Assembly (NCBI GenBank): GCA_963845755.1
Contig: CAWJTV010000011.1
Coordinates: forward strand, 768,001 to 832,000
DNA from: an uncultured Planctomycetota bacterium
GTDB lineage: Bacteria; Planctomycetota; Planctomycetia; Isosphaerales; Isosphaeraceae
DNA length: 64,000 nucleotides
Direction: 5' to 3'
Below, piece by piece: positions 61,975-64,000 of the stretch; position 1 is the stretch's first letter, and every line of letters begins with the position of its first letter. The position numbers and the translations under genes are program-made. The notes below the pieces were generated by a model. It was not told the DNA's origin, made no database searches, and saw only the letters and a program-made list of their open reading frames with translations.

Positions 61975-64000
61975 ATGTCCAAGTTCTTCATCTCCTACCG
62001 CCGCGACGACAGCGCGGCCGATGCCGGGCGGCTCCATGAGAAGCTGACGGACCACTTCGGGCGCGGCAGCATCTTCATGGACATCGATGCCATGAGCCTG
62101 GGCCGCGATTTCCGCAAGCAGCTCGCCGACGCCGTCAACCAGTGCGATGTCTTGCTGGCGGTCATCGGCGACCACTGGCTGGATGCCCGCGATCCCAAGA
62201 AGGGCACTCGGCGTCTGGATGACCCGGAGGATTGGGTGCGGATCGAGATCGCGGCGGCCCTGGCACGGGACATCCCCGTGGTGCCCTTGCTCGTGGGACA
62301 CCAGACCGCGATGCCGCGCACGGCCGATTTGCCCGACGATTTGAAGGAGCTGGCCTATCGCCACGGCACCACCGTCCGTTCCGGGGAGGACTTCCATGGC
62401 CAGGTCAACCGGCTGATCAAGGGCCTTGAGGGTCTCGGCAAGGCGGGCCGCATCGCCGACGAAGACCCGAAGATGGCCCTGCGGCGTGCCTACGAGATGC
62501 TGGAGCTGATGGTCCGTGAGGTTTATGAACGGCGGTTCCACGAGCCGCCCGGGACCCGTTCCCTGGAGAACCTCGTCCAGCGCCTGGACCAGGCGGGTTG
62601 CCTTCCGGCCCGGTTCGATCTCGCCGCGATGATCCAGAAGCTCGGCGAGACGGGGACCGCCCAACGGGACGAGGTGTTCACCCCGGGCGACGTCCACCAG
62701 GCGCTGGCGCAACTGACGGAGGTCCTGAAGTGGTACATGGAAGGGGAGCCGCCGGAATCGCTCGGCCCGCATCCCGGACCGGAGCCTCCGCGGCCGACCG
62801 GACCTGAGGCGCGGATCGCCGTCGTACCCAAGGGACTGCGGTCGTTCGACGCCGACGACAGTAGTTTCTTCTTGCAACTCCTGCCCGGCCCGCGCGACAC
62901 GGACGACCTGCCCGAGAGCCTCCGCTTCTGGAAGCACCGCATCGAGGCTCGGGACGATCCGGCGTTCACTGTGGGGGTGATCTACGGCCCTAGCGGTTGT
63001 GGTAAGTCCTCGCTGATGAAGGCCGGGCTGCTGCCGAGATTGGCCCGGCGGATCATCCCCGTCAACATCGAAGCGACGCTCGAGGAGACCGAGATCAAGC
63101 TGCTCAACACCTTGAGGAGACGCGTCCCCGGGCTCCCGGGCGATCGCGACTTGACCCGGTCCCTCGCCGCGCTCAGGGCGGGCGAGGGCCTGCGATCCGA
63201 CCAGAAAGTCCTCATCGTCCTCGATCAGTTCGAGCAGTGGCTGCACGCCCATCGGAGCGATCGCGACACAAAGCTGACCCGGGCGCTGCGGCAGTGCGAC
63301 GGCGATCGCGTCCAGGCCATCGTCATGGTACGGGATGACTTCTGGGTCGCCCTGAGCCGGTTCATGGGCGAGCTGCGCATCGAGCTCGTTCAGGGCCGGA
63401 ACGCCGCCCTGATCGACCTGTTCGACCCGATCCACGCCGCGAACGGTGCTGTCGGAATTCGGCCGGGCGTACGGCCGCCTGCCCCGCGGCAACGAGGCTC
63501 TATCGGGCGACCAGGAGAGCTTTCTCACCCAGGCCATCGGGGGCCTGGCACCGGATGGGCGGGTCATCCCCGTCCGGCTGGCCCTGTTCGCCGAGATGGT
63601 CAAGGGCCGGCCGTGGTCGCCGGCGACGCTCAAGGATGTGGGCGGCACCCAGGGGATCGGTGTCGCCTTCCTCGAAGAGACGTTCAAATCCACCGCACTG
63701 AGAAGTCACCAGAGGGCCGCCCTGGTCGTGCTCAAGGCTTTACTCCCCGAGAGCGGCACCGCCATCAAGGGCCACATGCGGTCGCACGATGACCTGGCCA
63801 TGGCGTCGGGATACGCCGCGCGCCCGAGCGACCTGGACAACCTGCTGCGGACCCTCGATCGCGACATGCGACTGATCACGCCCACCGATCCCGAAGGGTC
63901 GGAATCCGAGGGCATGGAGGGTCTCGCTCGATCGGGCCGGTTCTACCAACTGACGCATGACTATCTCGTCCCCTCGATCCGCGACTGGTTGACCCGCAAG
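61975..64000 (+). CDS. TIR + DUF4145/HEPN-like + nSTAND1-type NTPase protein (runs off window; frameshift near 63440)
   Basis: FFISYRRDDS..FMDID..DWVRIEI (TIR); PKGLRSF..GPSGCGKSSLMKAGLLPRL..VLDQFEQW..VRDDF. Confidence 0.85.

Noticed and set aside
61717..63693. 658-aa minus-strand ORF
   Set aside because: Antisense shadow of the TIR-STAND gene

Overview
High-GC bacterial DNA with a Planctomycete (Isosphaeraceae-like) gene inventory: DUF1559, DUF1501/DUF1800, ECF-Ser/Thr kinase pair, LEPR-XLL secreted protein. Single-base frameshifts occur even in gyrB and dnaN, so most broken ORFs are probably long-read indel errors, and I reconstructed genes across frames. Layout: (1) 1-14.2 kb: five tandem paralogous membrane-anchored ECF sigma factors with hypervariable extracytoplasmic loops. 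The four complete ones share a promoter-like motif, and two RelE/Phd TA pairs are interspersed. (2) 14.4-30.8 kb: DUF1800-DUF1501, SWIM-SNF2 helicase, gyrB-DUF721-dnaN with a DnaA-box region upstream but no dnaA, ArnT-like glycosyltransferase, Uma2, DUF1080. (3) 31-40.5 kb: protease cluster comprising a Tat-like HEXXH protein, a Cys-less pseudo-CHAT, an active CHAT with a cohesin-like tail, M28, M43 and a His-phosphatase. (4) 41-51 kb: WD40, PcfJ, Uma2, DUF1559, kinase plus ECF. (5) 51-61.5 kb: two inverted copies of a ~2.0 kb large-serine-recombinase element. Each is integrated at the same CC dinucleotide of a palindromic repeat family, its att site lies inside the recombinase 3' end, and the copies flank a GH44 surface protein and a MazF-type TA. 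(6) A TIR/DUF4145-like/STAND NTPase gene runs off the end. No rRNA, tRNA or CRISPR array was seen.
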